Shown: positions 44,768-54,860 of the stretch, piece by piece
How the letters are laid out: each line of letters starts with the position of its first letter
Numbering within the stretch: position 1 is the stretch's first letter
Assembly: GCA_049322615.1 (NCBI GenBank)
Contig: JBMORX010000009.1
Coordinates: forward strand, 57,120 to 121,119
Length of the DNA: 64,000 nucleotides
DNA from: Patescibacteria group bacterium
Lineage (GTDB): Bacteria > Patescibacteriota > Microgenomatia > CAYGWK01
Direction of reading: 5' to 3'
Notes under the pieces: generated by a model
Told to the model about the DNA's origin: nothing
Databases searched by the model: none
What the model saw: only the letters and a program-made list of their open reading frames with translations
Position numbers and translations under genes: made by a program

Positions 44768-44851
44768 TGGCGGAATCGGTATACGCGCAACACTTAAAAT
44801 GTTGTGGGTGTAAAATCACCCATGAGGGTTCGAGTCCCTCCTGGCCCACCA
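44761..44851 (+). tRNA. tRNA-Leu(TAA) with encoded CCA
   Basis: acceptor GGGCTAG/CTGGCCC, anticodon loop CTTAAAA, long variable arm, T loop TTCGAGT. Confidence 0.8.
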
Positions 44852-44852
44852 T

Positions 44853-44926
44853 CGGGGAGTAGCTCAGTTGGTTTAGAGTGCGCGCTTTGGGAGCGTGAGG
44901 CCGGCGGTTCGAATCCGCCCTCCCCG
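44853..44926 (+). tRNA. tRNA-Pro(TGG)
   Basis: acceptor CGGGGAG/CTCCCCG, anticodon loop TTTGGGA, T loop TTCGAAT. Confidence 0.8.
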
Positions 44927-44991
44927 ACCCTTCGGCTTCGCCTCAGGGCAAGCTGAAAAATGTTTACACCGAACCCGCTAAGGCGGGTGAG

Positions 44992-45204
44992 GTGCGGGTG
45001 TAGTTCAGTTAGTAGAACGTCTCCCTTCCAGCCCGAAAAATCGCCTTCGGTGATTAACGGGCTAGGCACGTTAATTTGTGCGGGAGTAGCTCAGTTGGGA
45101 GAGCGTCTCCCTTCCAAGGAGAAGGTCGCGAGTTCAAATCTCGTCTCCCGCTCACAAATTTTACGTGCCAAGGAGAAGGTCGTGGGAGCAAGGCCCATCA
45201 CCCG
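44992..45204 (+). pseudogene. decayed tRNA-Gly(TCC) split in its anticodon loop (5' half 44992-45028, 3' half 45166-45204) with an intact tRNA-Gly(TCC) embedded between the halves
   Basis: outer acceptor GCGGGTG/CACCCGC perfect and anticodon stems intact; outer T loop degenerate (AGCAAGG); CCA duplicated at both junctions; inner gene bounded by the inverted repeats GCACGTTAATTTGTG / CACAAATTTTACGTGC. Confidence 0.65.
45078..45150 (+). tRNA. tRNA-Gly(TCC)
   Basis: acceptor GCGGGAG/CTCCCGC, anticodon loop CTTCCAA, T loop TTCAAAT. Confidence 0.85.
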
Positions 45205-45232
45205 CTCAAGTTTACTCCGAACGAATGTGAGG

Positions 45233-45333
45233 AGCCCCTGTAGCTCAATGGATAAGCTGGCTTTTCAAGCCATCTTAATCCGCAAGGCGGATTAAGCGAG
45301 CTTGACCATTTCGCACAGTGGCTCGCGATGCTC
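45233..45333 (+). pseudogene. tRNA 5' fragment duplicating the first 25 nt of tRNA-Arg(TCT), followed by the hairpins TTAATCCGCAAGGCGGATTAA and GCGAGC..GCTCGC
   Basis: GCCCCTGTAGCTCAATGGATAAGC versus the intact GCCCCTGTAGCTCAATGGATAGAGC; anticodon region non-canonical. Confidence 0.55.
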
Positions 45334-45406
45334 GCCCCTGTAGCTCAATGGATAGAGCGGGTCGGTTCTAACGACTAGGTTGGGGGTTCGACTCCCTCCA
45401 GGGGCA
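45334..45406 (+). tRNA. tRNA-Arg(TCT)
   Basis: acceptor GCCCCTG/CAGGGGC, anticodon loop GTTCTAA, T loop TTCGACT. Confidence 0.8.
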
Positions 45407-45422
45407 CCCTTCGATAAACCAT

Positions 45423-45498
45423 GGTGGTGTTAGCTCAAAGGTAGAGCGTCGGCCTGTGGAGCCGAATGTTGCGGGTTCGAATCCCGTACACCACCCCA
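45423..45498 (+). tRNA. tRNA-His(GTG) with encoded G-1 and CCA
   Basis: G-1 pairs with C73; acceptor GTGGTGT/ACACCAC; anticodon loop CTGTGGA. Confidence 0.85.
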
Positions 45499-45500
45499 AG

Positions 45501-46829
45501 TTATTTTCTTGAAATTTCGTAGGTGGTGGGGTGATAGAGAAAAATGACCGGAACCTCTTCAACTAAAAATCTTTGAAAATCAAAGTAAATTTTTTCCCTC
45601 TCTTCCCTATTTTGGGTTTTCCGACCATCCTCAAGAAGCTTGTCAATCCTTGGATTCTTAAACTGAGTGATGTTTCCCGTTTGGGTTGAATGCCAAAGAC
45701 TGTATTGATCAGGATCTTTGGGAATTTCTTGGGTAGCCAAAAGAATATCAAAATCCTCTCCGAGTTGGGTAAAAGCGCCAATTTCCACTTTCACTCCCAA
45801 ATCCTGCCAGGAATTTTTAATTTTTTCTGCCTCGGAAAGAAGTGAGGGAACAGTTGAAAGCCTAATGGTAATTTCCTTTTTTTCTTTTTTCTCCAAAACC
45901 TTATTCAGGAGTCTTTTAGCATTTTCTAAATCATAGTTATAGGCTTTAACATCTTCGCTATAAGCCCAAGAGAGAGGCGAAAGCGGACCATAAGCCCTTG
46001 TCTTTCCTTGCTCTTTTTTGGTAGTATAAGCCAGGGCTTGACGAAAGTTTTTCTCTTCAAGATATGGCTTTTGGGTGTTTAAAAATATACCGACAAAGCG
46101 ATCCTGGCGAACACGCGAGAAAACCTTAATATTTTTCCAATTTGTAAATCCGTTCGGGTTAGTCAAATCCACAAGTTTTCTAACCTCACCTAATTTTAGG
46201 GCAATTTTTCCAGTCTCCTCTGTTGGATAAAAACGATATTTAAGGTTTGGTTTTTCCCGAGAGAGAGAGTCAAGAGAAATTGCCTCCACAAACTGCCCGG
46301 TTTTGGTTATTTTTTTAACTTTATAAGGTCCAACTCCAACTAATCCCTTTTTAAAAACAGGCCGCGAGACAACTTCTGGTAGGGGTGAAAATGGTTCTTT
46401 GAGACGGAAACGGATAGTTTTTGGGTCTAAAATCTCAACTGAAACGTCTTGAAAATTATAATTTATATCAGAAGCAGTCACTTTTGAGCCGTCGTGCCAG
46501 AAAAGATTATCCCTTAAAAAAAATGTGTAAACTTTGCTTCCTTCCTCAACTTTCCAATCATTAGCAATTCCTGGTGTCGACGTTCCATCTTGGTCAAGTT
46601 TAGTTAAGCCAAAGGAAATTAAGTTTTGAATTTCTAAGGGAATCTCTGAAGGCCGAAACCTACCAACAATTCCAATTGTTTCAGTTGGTTTTCTTTTAGG
46701 TATAAACCCGCTTAATTGAGGCAAGAAAAAGAAAAAGAAAATTCCTAGCAAAAATCCTAAAATTACCAAAAATCTGTAGCGAATAAGAAATAAACTCAAA
46801 AGTCTTATAGTAAAGCGAATTTTTTTCAT
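45501..46829 (-). CDS. ABC transporter substrate-binding protein, family 5 (peptide/nickel type)
   Basis: N-terminal TM/signal; overall resemblance to SBP_bac_5; 442 aa. Confidence 0.5.
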   Translation of the reverse strand: MKKIRFTIRLLSLFLIRYRFLVILGFLLGIFFFFFLPQLSGFIPKRKPTETIGIVGRFRPSEIPLEIQNLISFGLTKLDQDGTSTPGIANDWKVEEGSKVYTFFLRDNLFWHDGSKVTASDINYNFQDVSVEILDPKTIRFRLKEPFSPLPEVVSRPVFKKGLVGVGPYKVKKITKTGQFVEAISLDSLSREKPNLKYRFYPTEETGKIALKLGEVRKLVDLTNPNGFTNWKNIKVFSRVRQDRFVGIFLNTQKPYLEEKNFRQALAYTTKKEQGKTRAYGPLSPLSWAYSEDVKAYNYDLENAKRLLNKVLEKKEKKEITIRLSTVPSLLSEAEKIKNSWQDLGVKVEIGAFTQLGEDFDILLATQEIPKDPDQYSLWHSTQTGNITQFKNPRIDKLLEDGRKTQNREEREKIYFDFQRFLVEEVPVIFLYHPTTYEISRK

Positions 46830-46833
46830 CTTT

Positions 46834-47049
46834 TTAGAATATGGCAGAAATTATTGAGGTGATGAAGAAGCAAACTGCCAAAACAATTGTCAGCCTGAAA
46901 AGAATTTTTTCCACTCCCCTTTTAGAGCGATAAAACTCACCACCTCCTCCCCAGGCTCTGCCTAGGCCTGTTCCCTTGGCTTGAAGAAGAATGGCTGCCA
47001 TAAAAAGGATAGAGATAATTATTTGAATAATAAAAATTACTTGCCTCAT
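46834..47049 (-). CDS. secG: preprotein translocase subunit SecG
   Basis: two TM helices flanking LLQAKGTGLG...GGGG. Confidence 0.7.
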   Translation of the reverse strand: MRQVIFIIQIIISILFMAAILLQAKGTGLGRAWGGGGEFYRSKRGVEKILFRLTIVLAVCFFITSIISAIF

Positions 47050-47052
47050 GCC

Positions 47053-47472
47053 TTATTTTGCTAACCAAAAAAGAAAACTAGAGCAAAGACTTAAAATAAA
47101 AGAGGTTAAAACTAAAGCCAAAAACCCGGTGGTTGAAAAAGCAGGAATGGAAAAACCATTATAGGCAAAACCAGAAAAGGAAAATCCAATAATCTTAAAA
47201 TCGGAAACCAAAAGAGTGACTAAATATAAAGTGGCGACATTAACCAACCAGCGCAGTGTTCCTAAGGTTAAAAGATTTATGGGCAGAAGGAGAATGTTAA
47301 TTAAAGGCTTGACAAAAAGATTAACCAAGCCCAAAACCGCCGCCGTCAAAAGCAATGTTTCATAACCCTTGGCAAAATAAATTCCAGAAACAAGCTGTCC
47401 GACAAGCCAAAGCGAGGCAGCGTTAAATAAAAAAGACCGAATTAAAGACTTCATTCTCTTAAATGTTAACAA
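47053..47472 (-). CDS. small polytopic membrane protein (phage-holin-4-like family)
   Basis: 4 TM segments; MK.LIR...NA..LWLV N-terminus. Confidence 0.4.
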   Translation of the reverse strand: MLTFKRMKSLIRSFLFNAASLWLVGQLVSGIYFAKGYETLLLTAAVLGLVNLFVKPLINILLLPINLLTLGTLRWLVNVATLYLVTLLVSDFKIIGFSFSGFAYNGFSIPAFSTTGFLALVLTSFILSLCSSFLFWLAK

Positions 47473-47487
47473 ATGAAAATTGGGGTG

Positions 47488-48741
47488 TCAAACAAACTTT
47501 CTTAATTTCAAATGATAGGCTCGGGCGAAACGGTGGGATTCGTCGCGGATTCTTTTTAAAAGATTTAAGGCAGGCGAATCTTCCGGCAATCTTATCTCCG
47601 AATATTTGATATTTGATATTTGATATTTGATATTAGGCGCAATGAGAATCTCCAGTTTCTTTGCCAAACCAACTACGGGAATTTTCAGACCAAGCTGATT
47701 TAAGACATCGATTGCGCCACTTATCTGTCCCTTTCCTCCATCAATCAAGATTAAATCCGGAAATTCCCATTCAGGATGTTTAAATCGTCTCAAAATCATT
47801 TCTTTAATCATCGCCACATCATCAGGAGTCCCCTTGGTTTTTATTCTAAATCGGCGATATTGAGACTTATCCGCCTCACCATCTACAAAAACAACCATTC
47901 CCCCTGTTCCTTTGGTTCCGGAAATATTTGAGATATCAAATCCCTCTATCCTTGAGAGATGTTCCATTTCCAAAAGTCTTCGAAGTTCAGAAACCTCTTC
48001 CTGGCGAATATTTTGTAAAAGAAAAGGGTTTTCTAGATATTCGTCTGCCAGATGCCTTTTTTGGATAAGCCATTCGATTTTTTGAATTTTGTCTCGTAGC
48101 TCTTTGGCTTTTAAAAAATCCTCAAGTTTTGCCGCCATTTCCATGTCTTTTTTTAGATTGTTTACTACCTTGTTACTTTTTCGCTCAAGCAGATTTTTGA
48201 GTTGAGAAATGGTCTTTTTATAAGTTTTTCTATCTTCTTCTGACTGATTGACACAAGTTCCAGGACAAAGTTTTAAATCAAAATAAAGACAGGGTTTTTT
48301 GGGCAGTTTTCGACAAGATCGATAAGGGAAAATCCGTCGCAAGAGTTTCAAAACAGTTCGAACTGTTTTTGCTTGAGGATATGGTCCATATCCTCCTTCA
48401 GTCTTTCTCGCAGGGTAAACTCTAGGAAAAGGTTCTTGGGTTATTTTTATGTAAAGCGGGCTTTTATCGTCTTTGAGTCTAGTGTTATACTTTGGTTGAT
48501 GTTTTTTGATTAAGGCAGCCTCAAGTAAAAGTGCCTCAAATTCTGATTCAGCCAATATGTGGTCTATTTTGGAGATTTTTGGACCAAAAAAAGACTGGGA
48601 GACAAAATATGACTTAACTCTTCTTCGAAGATTGGTTGCCTTGCCGATATAAAGAATCTCTCTCCTGGCGTTTTTGAATATATAGACGCCTGATTTTTCT
48701 GGCAATGATAAGTAAAGTGGCTGCTCCAAGAAGACCTCCAA
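47488..48741 (-). CDS. uvrC: excinuclease ABC subunit C (short form)
   Basis: N-terminal GIY-YIG (GVYIFKN...ILYIGKATNLRRRV), Cys-rich block and UvrC central domain; in-frame ATATTTG x4 repeat at 47602-47631. Confidence 0.8.
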   Translation of the reverse strand: MEVFLEQPLYLSLPEKSGVYIFKNARREILYIGKATNLRRRVKSYFVSQSFFGPKISKIDHILAESEFEALLLEAALIKKHQPKYNTRLKDDKSPLYIKITQEPFPRVYPARKTEGGYGPYPQAKTVRTVLKLLRRIFPYRSCRKLPKKPCLYFDLKLCPGTCVNQSEEDRKTYKKTISQLKNLLERKSNKVVNNLKKDMEMAAKLEDFLKAKELRDKIQKIEWLIQKRHLADEYLENPFLLQNIRQEEVSELRRLLEMEHLSRIEGFDISNISGTKGTGGMVVFVDGEADKSQYRRFRIKTKGTPDDVAMIKEMILRRFKHPEWEFPDLILIDGGKGQISGAIDVLNQLGLKIPVVGLAKKLEILIAPNIKYQISNIKYSEIRLPEDSPALNLLKRIRDESHRFARAYHLKLRKFV

Positions 48742-50503
48742 AAATTGGCAAGAAATAATTAAGAATCAGGGAATTTATGAAAAAATTATACTCTATTTTT
48801 TTGTCATTTAAAAGAGCAGTAAGTTTTCCTTGCCCCTGATAGGTTATCTTTTCTGAGGAAATTTTAACTGGAACGAGTCTTTTTGAGAATGGGGGAAGTA
48901 TCTCAAAATAGGTTTCCCCGTAAGGTCTGACTTTAATATTTGTTCCGGAAAGAGCAAGATTTAAATCATAAATTGCCTCAGTCCCGGAATTTTCTAGAAC
49001 AATTGTTCCACTTTCGCCCTTTTCACTAAAAATTTCTTTCGGCAATAAAAATTCAAGTTCGGGCAAAGTTGGCTTTCCCTCTTTCGGTTTGCCAAAGGAA
49101 ACCTGGACATCTTTCTGGGGCAGACCAGACTTTTTATAGGCTCCAGCCGGCGGGGGAGAATTGCTTTCTTTACCATGAATAGCAAAAACAAAATGTCCAA
49201 GGTCAAGCTTATCAAAATAATTTATTCCCCCGGTTGTATCTTGCCAAGTTGGGTCAATTTGAATCCAAGTTTTCTTTGCCTCATCCCAGTATTCAGGCCA
49301 AGAATGCAAAACATCTTGAGCCAAGCTTAAAGGTCGAAGGTAAGGATTAGTGGTGTAGGCAAAACCATTAAGTTCTCTGGAGGGAAATCCTGCTGCCCGG
49401 GCTAAAGCAATAAAAAGATCAGTGTATTCGGTACAGATTGCCCTTTGGGGATTATCTAGGGCAAGTTTGGCACCAAGTCTCTTGGCTCCAATTCTGGCTC
49501 GACTAAAATCATAATCCAAAGTTTTAACAATATATTCATGAATTGCTTTTGGGGTTTTCAGCTTTTTCCCTAAATTGGAGATTTCTGGATCATTGATTTC
49601 CCAATAATTTTTTTCTTCAAGAAAACTTTCGAGATTATCTTCGGTTTCTTCAACTTTAAGAGTTGGATTGGCAAAAATTTTTACCTGCCCCTCGACTTGA
49701 ATTTCTAACTCTTCTTTCGGCTTTAATTTAAAAATGGCTAGCCAATTTCCATCACTGTCTGTCTCCACATTTTCAGGTTCTGGCTTAATTTCCCAATAAC
49801 TCATTTTTTGATATGAGGTATCTGGGGGGAGGGCGATTTTCTGCCAAACTTGCCCATCTTTAGGGTTTTCAAGATGATATTTCAGGGAAAAATCAAAGAT
49901 TTGAAACTCGCCAAAAGCGGCAATCACCCCGGATGATACCAGATGATTTTTGTTAAAGAAGAAAAATTGGTAATCTCCTTCAATCCGCTGTGTTTGAGGA
50001 TTTGGCGAAACATAAGCAGGTTTGCCAAAGGCAAGAGGAATCTTGAGGGTAAGATTATACACATCAATATCTTCAGGACTTGCCAGTTTAGGAATAGTCA
50101 ATTCCCAAACCTGTCCAGTGCGACGCAAGAGTTCTGGAGCATCATATGAAAGAGTGAATTTTAAGGTTTTATTGATACCTACTACTTTCTCATTAAAATC
50201 AACTTTGATGGTTGTTTCCTCATTTGTGGTCTCAACAGACGTTTTTGCTAGTCCAAGACTGTCCTCTGCCTTGACATTTTCTGGCTCCCCTCGTTCAAGT
50301 TTCAAAGAATACGAGGTGGCATAAATATTGGATAGTTTATTAGTTAAAGAAATATTCTGGATTATATGGAGTCTGCCATCTAAACTTGCCTCGTAAGAAA
50401 CGTCGTAAGAAGTAGAAAACTCTTGAGAAGCAAAAACGGGCTTAAAAGAAAGTAAAAAGTAAAAAGTAAAAAGTAAAAACAGAATTTTCGAGAGAAATCT
50501 CAT
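48614..50503 (-). CDS. secreted, membrane-anchored transglutaminase-like (Cys-His-Asp) domain protein
   Basis: AICTEYTDLFIALARAAGFPSR...HSWPEYWD core; signal peptide encoded partly by an AGTAAAA tandem repeat; C-terminal TM helix; 128-nt overlap with uvrC. Confidence 0.55.
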   Translation of the reverse strand: MRFLSKILFLLFTFYFLLSFKPVFASQEFSTSYDVSYEASLDGRLHIIQNISLTNKLSNIYATSYSLKLERGEPENVKAEDSLGLAKTSVETTNEETTIKVDFNEKVVGINKTLKFTLSYDAPELLRRTGQVWELTIPKLASPEDIDVYNLTLKIPLAFGKPAYVSPNPQTQRIEGDYQFFFFNKNHLVSSGVIAAFGEFQIFDFSLKYHLENPKDGQVWQKIALPPDTSYQKMSYWEIKPEPENVETDSDGNWLAIFKLKPKEELEIQVEGQVKIFANPTLKVEETEDNLESFLEEKNYWEINDPEISNLGKKLKTPKAIHEYIVKTLDYDFSRARIGAKRLGAKLALDNPQRAICTEYTDLFIALARAAGFPSRELNGFAYTTNPYLRPLSLAQDVLHSWPEYWDEAKKTWIQIDPTWQDTTGGINYFDKLDLGHFVFAIHGKESNSPPPAGAYKKSGLPQKDVQVSFGKPKEGKPTLPELEFLLPKEIFSEKGESGTIVLENSGTEAIYDLNLALSGTNIKVRPYGETYFEILPPFSKRLVPVKISSEKITYQGQGKLTALLNDKKIEYNFFINSLILNYFLPIFGGLLGAATLLIIARKIRRLYIQKRQERDSLYRQGNQSSKKS

Positions 50504-50507
50504 ATTT

Positions 50508-53456
50508 TTATCTTAGAATTTCTCTTAAAAATTGTCCAGTGTAGGAGTTTTTAGCCCTCGCCACATCCAATGGTGTTCCGCTGGCGACAATATAGCCTCC
50601 TTTGTCTCCTCCTTCAGGACCAAGATCAATTATCCAGTCGGCGTTTTTAATTACATCAAGATTGTGTTCGATAATGACGACCGTATTGCCTAAACTAACC
50701 AGTCTTCGCAAAACATTTAAAAGTTTCTCCAAATCAGCAAAATGAAGCCCGGTCGTTGGCTCATCCAAAATATAAAAAGTTTGACCAGTGGCTCTTTTCC
50801 CAAGTTCTGCGGCAATTTTGACTCTTTGCGCCTCACCTCCAGAAAGTGTCGGCGCCGGTTGACCAAGATGAATATATCCTAAACCGACGTCAGAGAGAGT
50901 TTTTAGTTTTTCGAAAAGACCAGGAATATTTTTGAAAAATTCTAAAGCCTCCTCTACTGTCATCTCCAGGACTTCAGCAATATTTTTACCCTTAAAGGCG
51001 ACTTCAAGAGTTTCCGAGTTATATCTTTTTCCTTGGCAAACTTCGCAATTAACATAAACATCAGGTAAAAACTGCATTTCTATTTTAATCTGCCCCTCGC
51101 CTTGGCAGGCTTCACACCGACCATTTTGGACATTAAAAGAAAACCTTCCAGGCTTATACCCCCTTATCTTTGCCTCAGGTAGCTGGCTGAAGAGGTCACG
51201 AATGTAGGTAAAAACACCGGTATAAGTGGCTGGATTTGACCTTGGAGTTCTACCAATTGGTGATTGGTCAATCAAAATGACCTTATTGATAAATTCTCCC
51301 CCCTTAAGACCCCCAAATTTACCTGGTTTTTCTTTATGAAAGGGGTGAAGTTGCTGCGCTAGAGCATGATAAAGAGTCTCAACTACCAAAGTTGACTTCC
51401 CTGAACCTGAAACTCCAGTGATACAAATAAATTTCCCCAAAGGAAAGGTAACGTCGATATTTTTAAGATTAAACTGGGAACACCCTAACAAAATCAGGTT
51501 TTCCTTCTTGCACCCCTGGGGTGAAACAGCCTCACACCTGCGGAAATTGTTATTCTCAATTTCAATTCTTTTTCTTCCCGCCAAATAGTCTCCTGTTAAG
51601 GAATAGTGGTTGGTCTTTATTTGCTGAACAGTTCCTTCTGCCACGATCTCGCCCCCATGATCACCAGCCCCAGGACCGAAATCCAAAATCCAGTCGGCTG
51701 ATTCCATCATTTCTCGGTCGTGTTCAACGACAATCACCGTATTTCCTAAATCGCGAAGTCTTTTTAAAGTCTGGATTAATTTTTTATTATCCCGCTGATG
51801 GAGTCCAACCGATGGTTCATCTAAAACATATAAAACTCCAGATAAACCCGAACCTATTTGGGAGGCAAGCCTGATTCTTTGACCCTCACCGCCAGCCAAA
51901 GTAGCCGAAGGTCTATCCAAAGTTAAATATTCAAGCCCAACGGATTTCAAAAACGAAAGTCTTTCTCTTATTTCTTTTAAAATTGGATTGGCAATTTTTA
52001 ATTCTTTTTCGGAGAGTAATTTTTGAGTTTCCAAAAGCTCAATCCACCCCAAGGCTTTGTCAATAGAGAATTGAACAACATCGACAATCGACTTTCCTTC
52101 AATGGTTATTCCTTGTGATTCTCTCTTAAGGCGACTACCTTGGCAGGTTGGACAAATTTCCTGCCTCATATATTTTTCAATTTCTTGCCGGACAAAGTCC
52201 GATTCAGTTTCGGAAAATTTTCTCTCAAGTTCAGGGATTACTCCAGGATAAACTTCATAAATTGAGGTCATTCTGCCATAACGGTTTTCTCCCTCAACTC
52301 GCCAAACTTCGTCACCTGTTCCATAAAGTAAAACTTTCTTTTGTTCCAAAGATAAATTTCCCAGAGGCGCATCAAGCCTTATTCCATATTTTTGGCAGAC
52401 AGTTTTTGCAATCCTTGAGAACCAGGTGTCGTGAAAAAACATTCTGGCAAAAGGCAAAATTCCCCCTTCATTTATGGTTAGCCGGGGATTAAGCAAAAGT
52501 TCGGGGTCAACCTTCAAAAGCGCCCCTATTCCTGAACAAGTTGGACAGGCGCCGTAAGGAGAATTAAAAGAAAAAGTTCTTGGTTCAATTTCCGGTAAAG
52601 AGAGATTGCAGGTTGGACAAGCAAATTTTTGGGAAAAAAGATGGTCTTCCATTTTCTTTGGTTTTTCCGGGAATTCAAAAGAGGCATCCTTAACTTGAGA
52701 AAGAATCACCAAACCATCAGATAATTTTAAGGCTTGTTCAACCGCATCAGTAATTCTCGTTTTGAGATTTGAAAAAGAGACAGGGTCTTTTATTTGACTT
52801 TTCTCAAGAGAAATTCGGTCAATCACAACTTCAATTGTATGTTTATTGGTCTTAATTAAAACCAAATCTTCCGAGAGTCCAAAAACTTGACCATCAATTC
52901 TGGCTCGGGTAAATCCTTTAGACTGAAGATTTGTGAAAAGTTGGCTAAATTCGCCTTTTCTGGATCGAACAACCGGAGAAAGAATCAGAAATTTAACCAC
53001 TTTAAATGATTGAAGTGCCACTTTAATTAATTGAAGTACCTGATCGACTATTTGTTGAGAACTCTGCTGACTGATTTCCTGACCGCAAGAAGGACAATGG
53101 GGATGACCCACTCTGGCAAAAAGAAGTCTTAAATAATCATAGATTTCCGTAACCGTGCCGACAGTTGAACGCGGGTTATGAGAAACGCCTTTTTGATCAA
53201 TGGAAATTGCTGGCGAAAGTCCTTCGATTAAGTCAACATCTGGTTTATCCATTACCCCCAAAAACTGGCGAGCATAGGCAGAAAGGCTTTCAACGTATCT
53301 TCTTTGCCCTTCAGCATAAATAGTGTCAAAAGCCAAAGAAGATTTTCCACTGCCGGAAATTCCCGTAAAAACCACCAGTTTATTCTTGGGAATCTCAACA
53401 TTGATGTTTTTAAGATTGTGTTCTCGGGCTCCTTGGATGACAATTTTTTCGTTCAC
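50508..53456 (-). CDS. uvrA: excinuclease ABC subunit A with a ~15-aa in-frame REP-B insertion
   Basis: two ABC ATPase modules ([10 protein letters not shown]; [10 protein letters not shown]) and zinc-finger Cys clusters; insertion [15 protein letters not shown] at 51507-51546. Confidence 0.9.
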   Translation of the reverse strand: MNEKIVIQGAREHNLKNINVEIPKNKLVVFTGISGSGKSSLAFDTIYAEGQRRYVESLSAYARQFLGVMDKPDVDLIEGLSPAISIDQKGVSHNPRSTVGTVTEIYDYLRLLFARVGHPHCPSCGQEISQQSSQQIVDQVLQLIKVALQSFKVVKFLILSPVVRSRKGEFSQLFTNLQSKGFTRARIDGQVFGLSEDLVLIKTNKHTIEVVIDRISLEKSQIKDPVSFSNLKTRITDAVEQALKLSDGLVILSQVKDASFEFPEKPKKMEDHLFSQKFACPTCNLSLPEIEPRTFSFNSPYGACPTCSGIGALLKVDPELLLNPRLTINEGGILPFARMFFHDTWFSRIAKTVCQKYGIRLDAPLGNLSLEQKKVLLYGTGDEVWRVEGENRYGRMTSIYEVYPGVIPELERKFSETESDFVRQEIEKYMRQEICPTCQGSRLKRESQGITIEGKSIVDVVQFSIDKALGWIELLETQKLLSEKELKIANPILKEIRERLSFLKSVGLEYLTLDRPSATLAGGEGQRIRLASQIGSGLSGVLYVLDEPSVGLHQRDNKKLIQTLKRLRDLGNTVIVVEHDREMMESADWILDFGPGAGDHGGEIVAEGTVQQIKTNHYSLTGDYLAGRKRIEIENNNFRRCEAVSPQGCKKENLILLGCSQFNLKNIDVTFPLGKFICITGVSGSGKSTLVVETLYHALAQQLHPFHKEKPGKFGGLKGGEFINKVILIDQSPIGRTPRSNPATYTGVFTYIRDLFSQLPEAKIRGYKPGRFSFNVQNGRCEACQGEGQIKIEMQFLPDVYVNCEVCQGKRYNSETLEVAFKGKNIAEVLEMTVEEALEFFKNIPGLFEKLKTLSDVGLGYIHLGQPAPTLSGGEAQRVKIAAELGKRATGQTFYILDEPTTGLHFADLEKLLNVLRRLVSLGNTVVIIEHNLDVIKNADWIIDLGPEGGDKGGYIVASGTPLDVARAKNSYTGQFLREILR
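51507..51546. repeat. REP-like element family B (TTGCACCCCNGGGGTGA...ACACCTGCGGA), in frame inside uvrA
   Basis: same family as 54147-54186 and 54861-54902. Confidence 0.8.
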
Positions 53457-53508
53457 GGCAAATCATTTATTTTACGCCTTTTTTCAACTTTTATCAAGAG
53501 GCAAGGAG

Positions 53509-54084
53509 TTACTTTGTTCGAGTTTCTTCTAATGAAGCATCCACGACACTGCTTGAGATATAGACAGTTTTCGTTACTTTCTTACCTTTCTCATCGGGAA
53601 CTTTGATTTGAACCTCAAACCAATCGCTTTGGGGCATTTCTTTGCCAGCCCGATCACCCCAAGCACTTAAATCTATAGTTCTTGATTTTTCGGCACCATT
53701 TATCCACGATCCCCAGACTCTTTTGGCTCCAGTAAAAATCTTTCCCTTAAGAGCCTTTCCCACGAGATATTGATCTGGGTTATCAGGATTATATTCTGGC
53801 TTAGATCGCAAATTTGCCTCATTGGCAGCAACGACGATCTTGAATGTTTTTCCTTTATCTTCAGCCACAGGTTCTCCCATGGGAGAGTCAGGAGCTCTTC
53901 TTCTCTCTTCCCCCAAAAGAAGTCCTACTCCCCGTGCGGTTAGCAAAATCCCAGTTCCAACAGCAGCCGCAGTCTTTATTAATTCTCCTGCTTTAATAGC
54001 ACCTACAGTCCCTGCTGCCTTTTCCACTAACTCGCGGCGACTAAGTGGCTTTTCCCAAAAGTTCTCTGGTCTATCTTCTGGCAT
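53509..54084 (-). CDS. hypothetical protein with an SH3b-like segment
   Basis: ANLRSKPEY...[12 protein letters not shown]...WGSWI. Confidence 0.35.
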   Translation of the reverse strand: MPEDRPENFWEKPLSRRELVEKAAGTVGAIKAGELIKTAAAVGTGILLTARGVGLLLGEERRRAPDSPMGEPVAEDKGKTFKIVVAANEANLRSKPEYNPDNPDQYLVGKALKGKIFTGAKRVWGSWINGAEKSRTIDLSAWGDRAGKEMPQSDWFEVQIKVPDEKGKKVTKTVYISSSVVDASLEETRTK

Positions 54085-54146
54085 ATCTTTAAAATATCAT
54101 ACAACTTGACTCTTGGTCAATATTTCCGTAATCTTGTCCCTTACCC

Positions 54147-54186
54147 TTGCACCCCCGGGGTGATATGGCTTCACACCTGCGGATAA
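54147..54186. repeat. REP-like element family B copy, flank of transposase 2
   Basis: cttgcacccccggggtgatatggcttcacacctgcggataatcg. Confidence 0.8.
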
Positions 54187-54821
54187 TCGATTAATTGATG
54201 CTTGATTACCTCTAGCTGTTTTCCATAGTCCTCTTGATCATAAACAAATTTTTTATATTCATCTACCGATTTAAACTGGCTTAACACTATTTCTTTATGG
54301 CAAAGATTTTTATTGGTAGCTCCTAAATATTCCTTGAAAGAGGAAAAATCATACGATTCTAAAGACTTCACAATATATCCAACAAGTGGATTAAGATGAA
54401 TATATCGAGATAAATGAACAAGTTGCTCGTTGGTCTCGATATGTACTGCTTTAAACTCTCCTTGAAAAATTGGCCCATTCCTCTTGTACTTAGTGTTAAA
54501 GTATTTTGTGTAACTGTTACTTAGTTTACTAATAAATTCGGTTATTCCACCCTCTCTTACTTGTTGAAGAAGAAAATGAAAATGGTTAGGCATTAAGCAG
54601 TAGCAAACAAAATAGATTATTTTCTTTGTTGAGTTAATAAGCTTGGTGGATGGACTAAAAAAAGAAAATCTCGGTTTTGGATCTTCTATTTGGTAATAAA
54701 GCATTGTTTTTATAAATCGCTGGTGATCTCTATACCGAGTAAAAATAGGCATTTGAGCTATACCACGATTTAAAATATGATAGTATTCTCCATCGACAAA
54801 AGGCATTATCCTTGAAGGCAT
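54171..54821 (-). mobile_element. IS200/IS605-type HUH Y1 transposase, REP-associated (RayT-like), second copy
   Basis: YCLMPNHFHFLLQQ HUH motif and the Tyr region LSRYIHLNP; flanked on both sides by REP-B. Confidence 0.8.
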
Positions 54822-54860
54822 ATATCTATTAAATCACAAATAACCGAGGGTGTAAAGCTA

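Noticed and set aside
43646-45562. ORFs overlapping the tRNA array (43646..43867 +, 44794..45069 -, 44960..45295 +, 45368..45562 -)
   Set aside because: They are entirely made of tRNA genes and spacers, and their translations are low-complexity G/R/S-rich. Only the HNH ORF 44291..44767 has a real protein signature.
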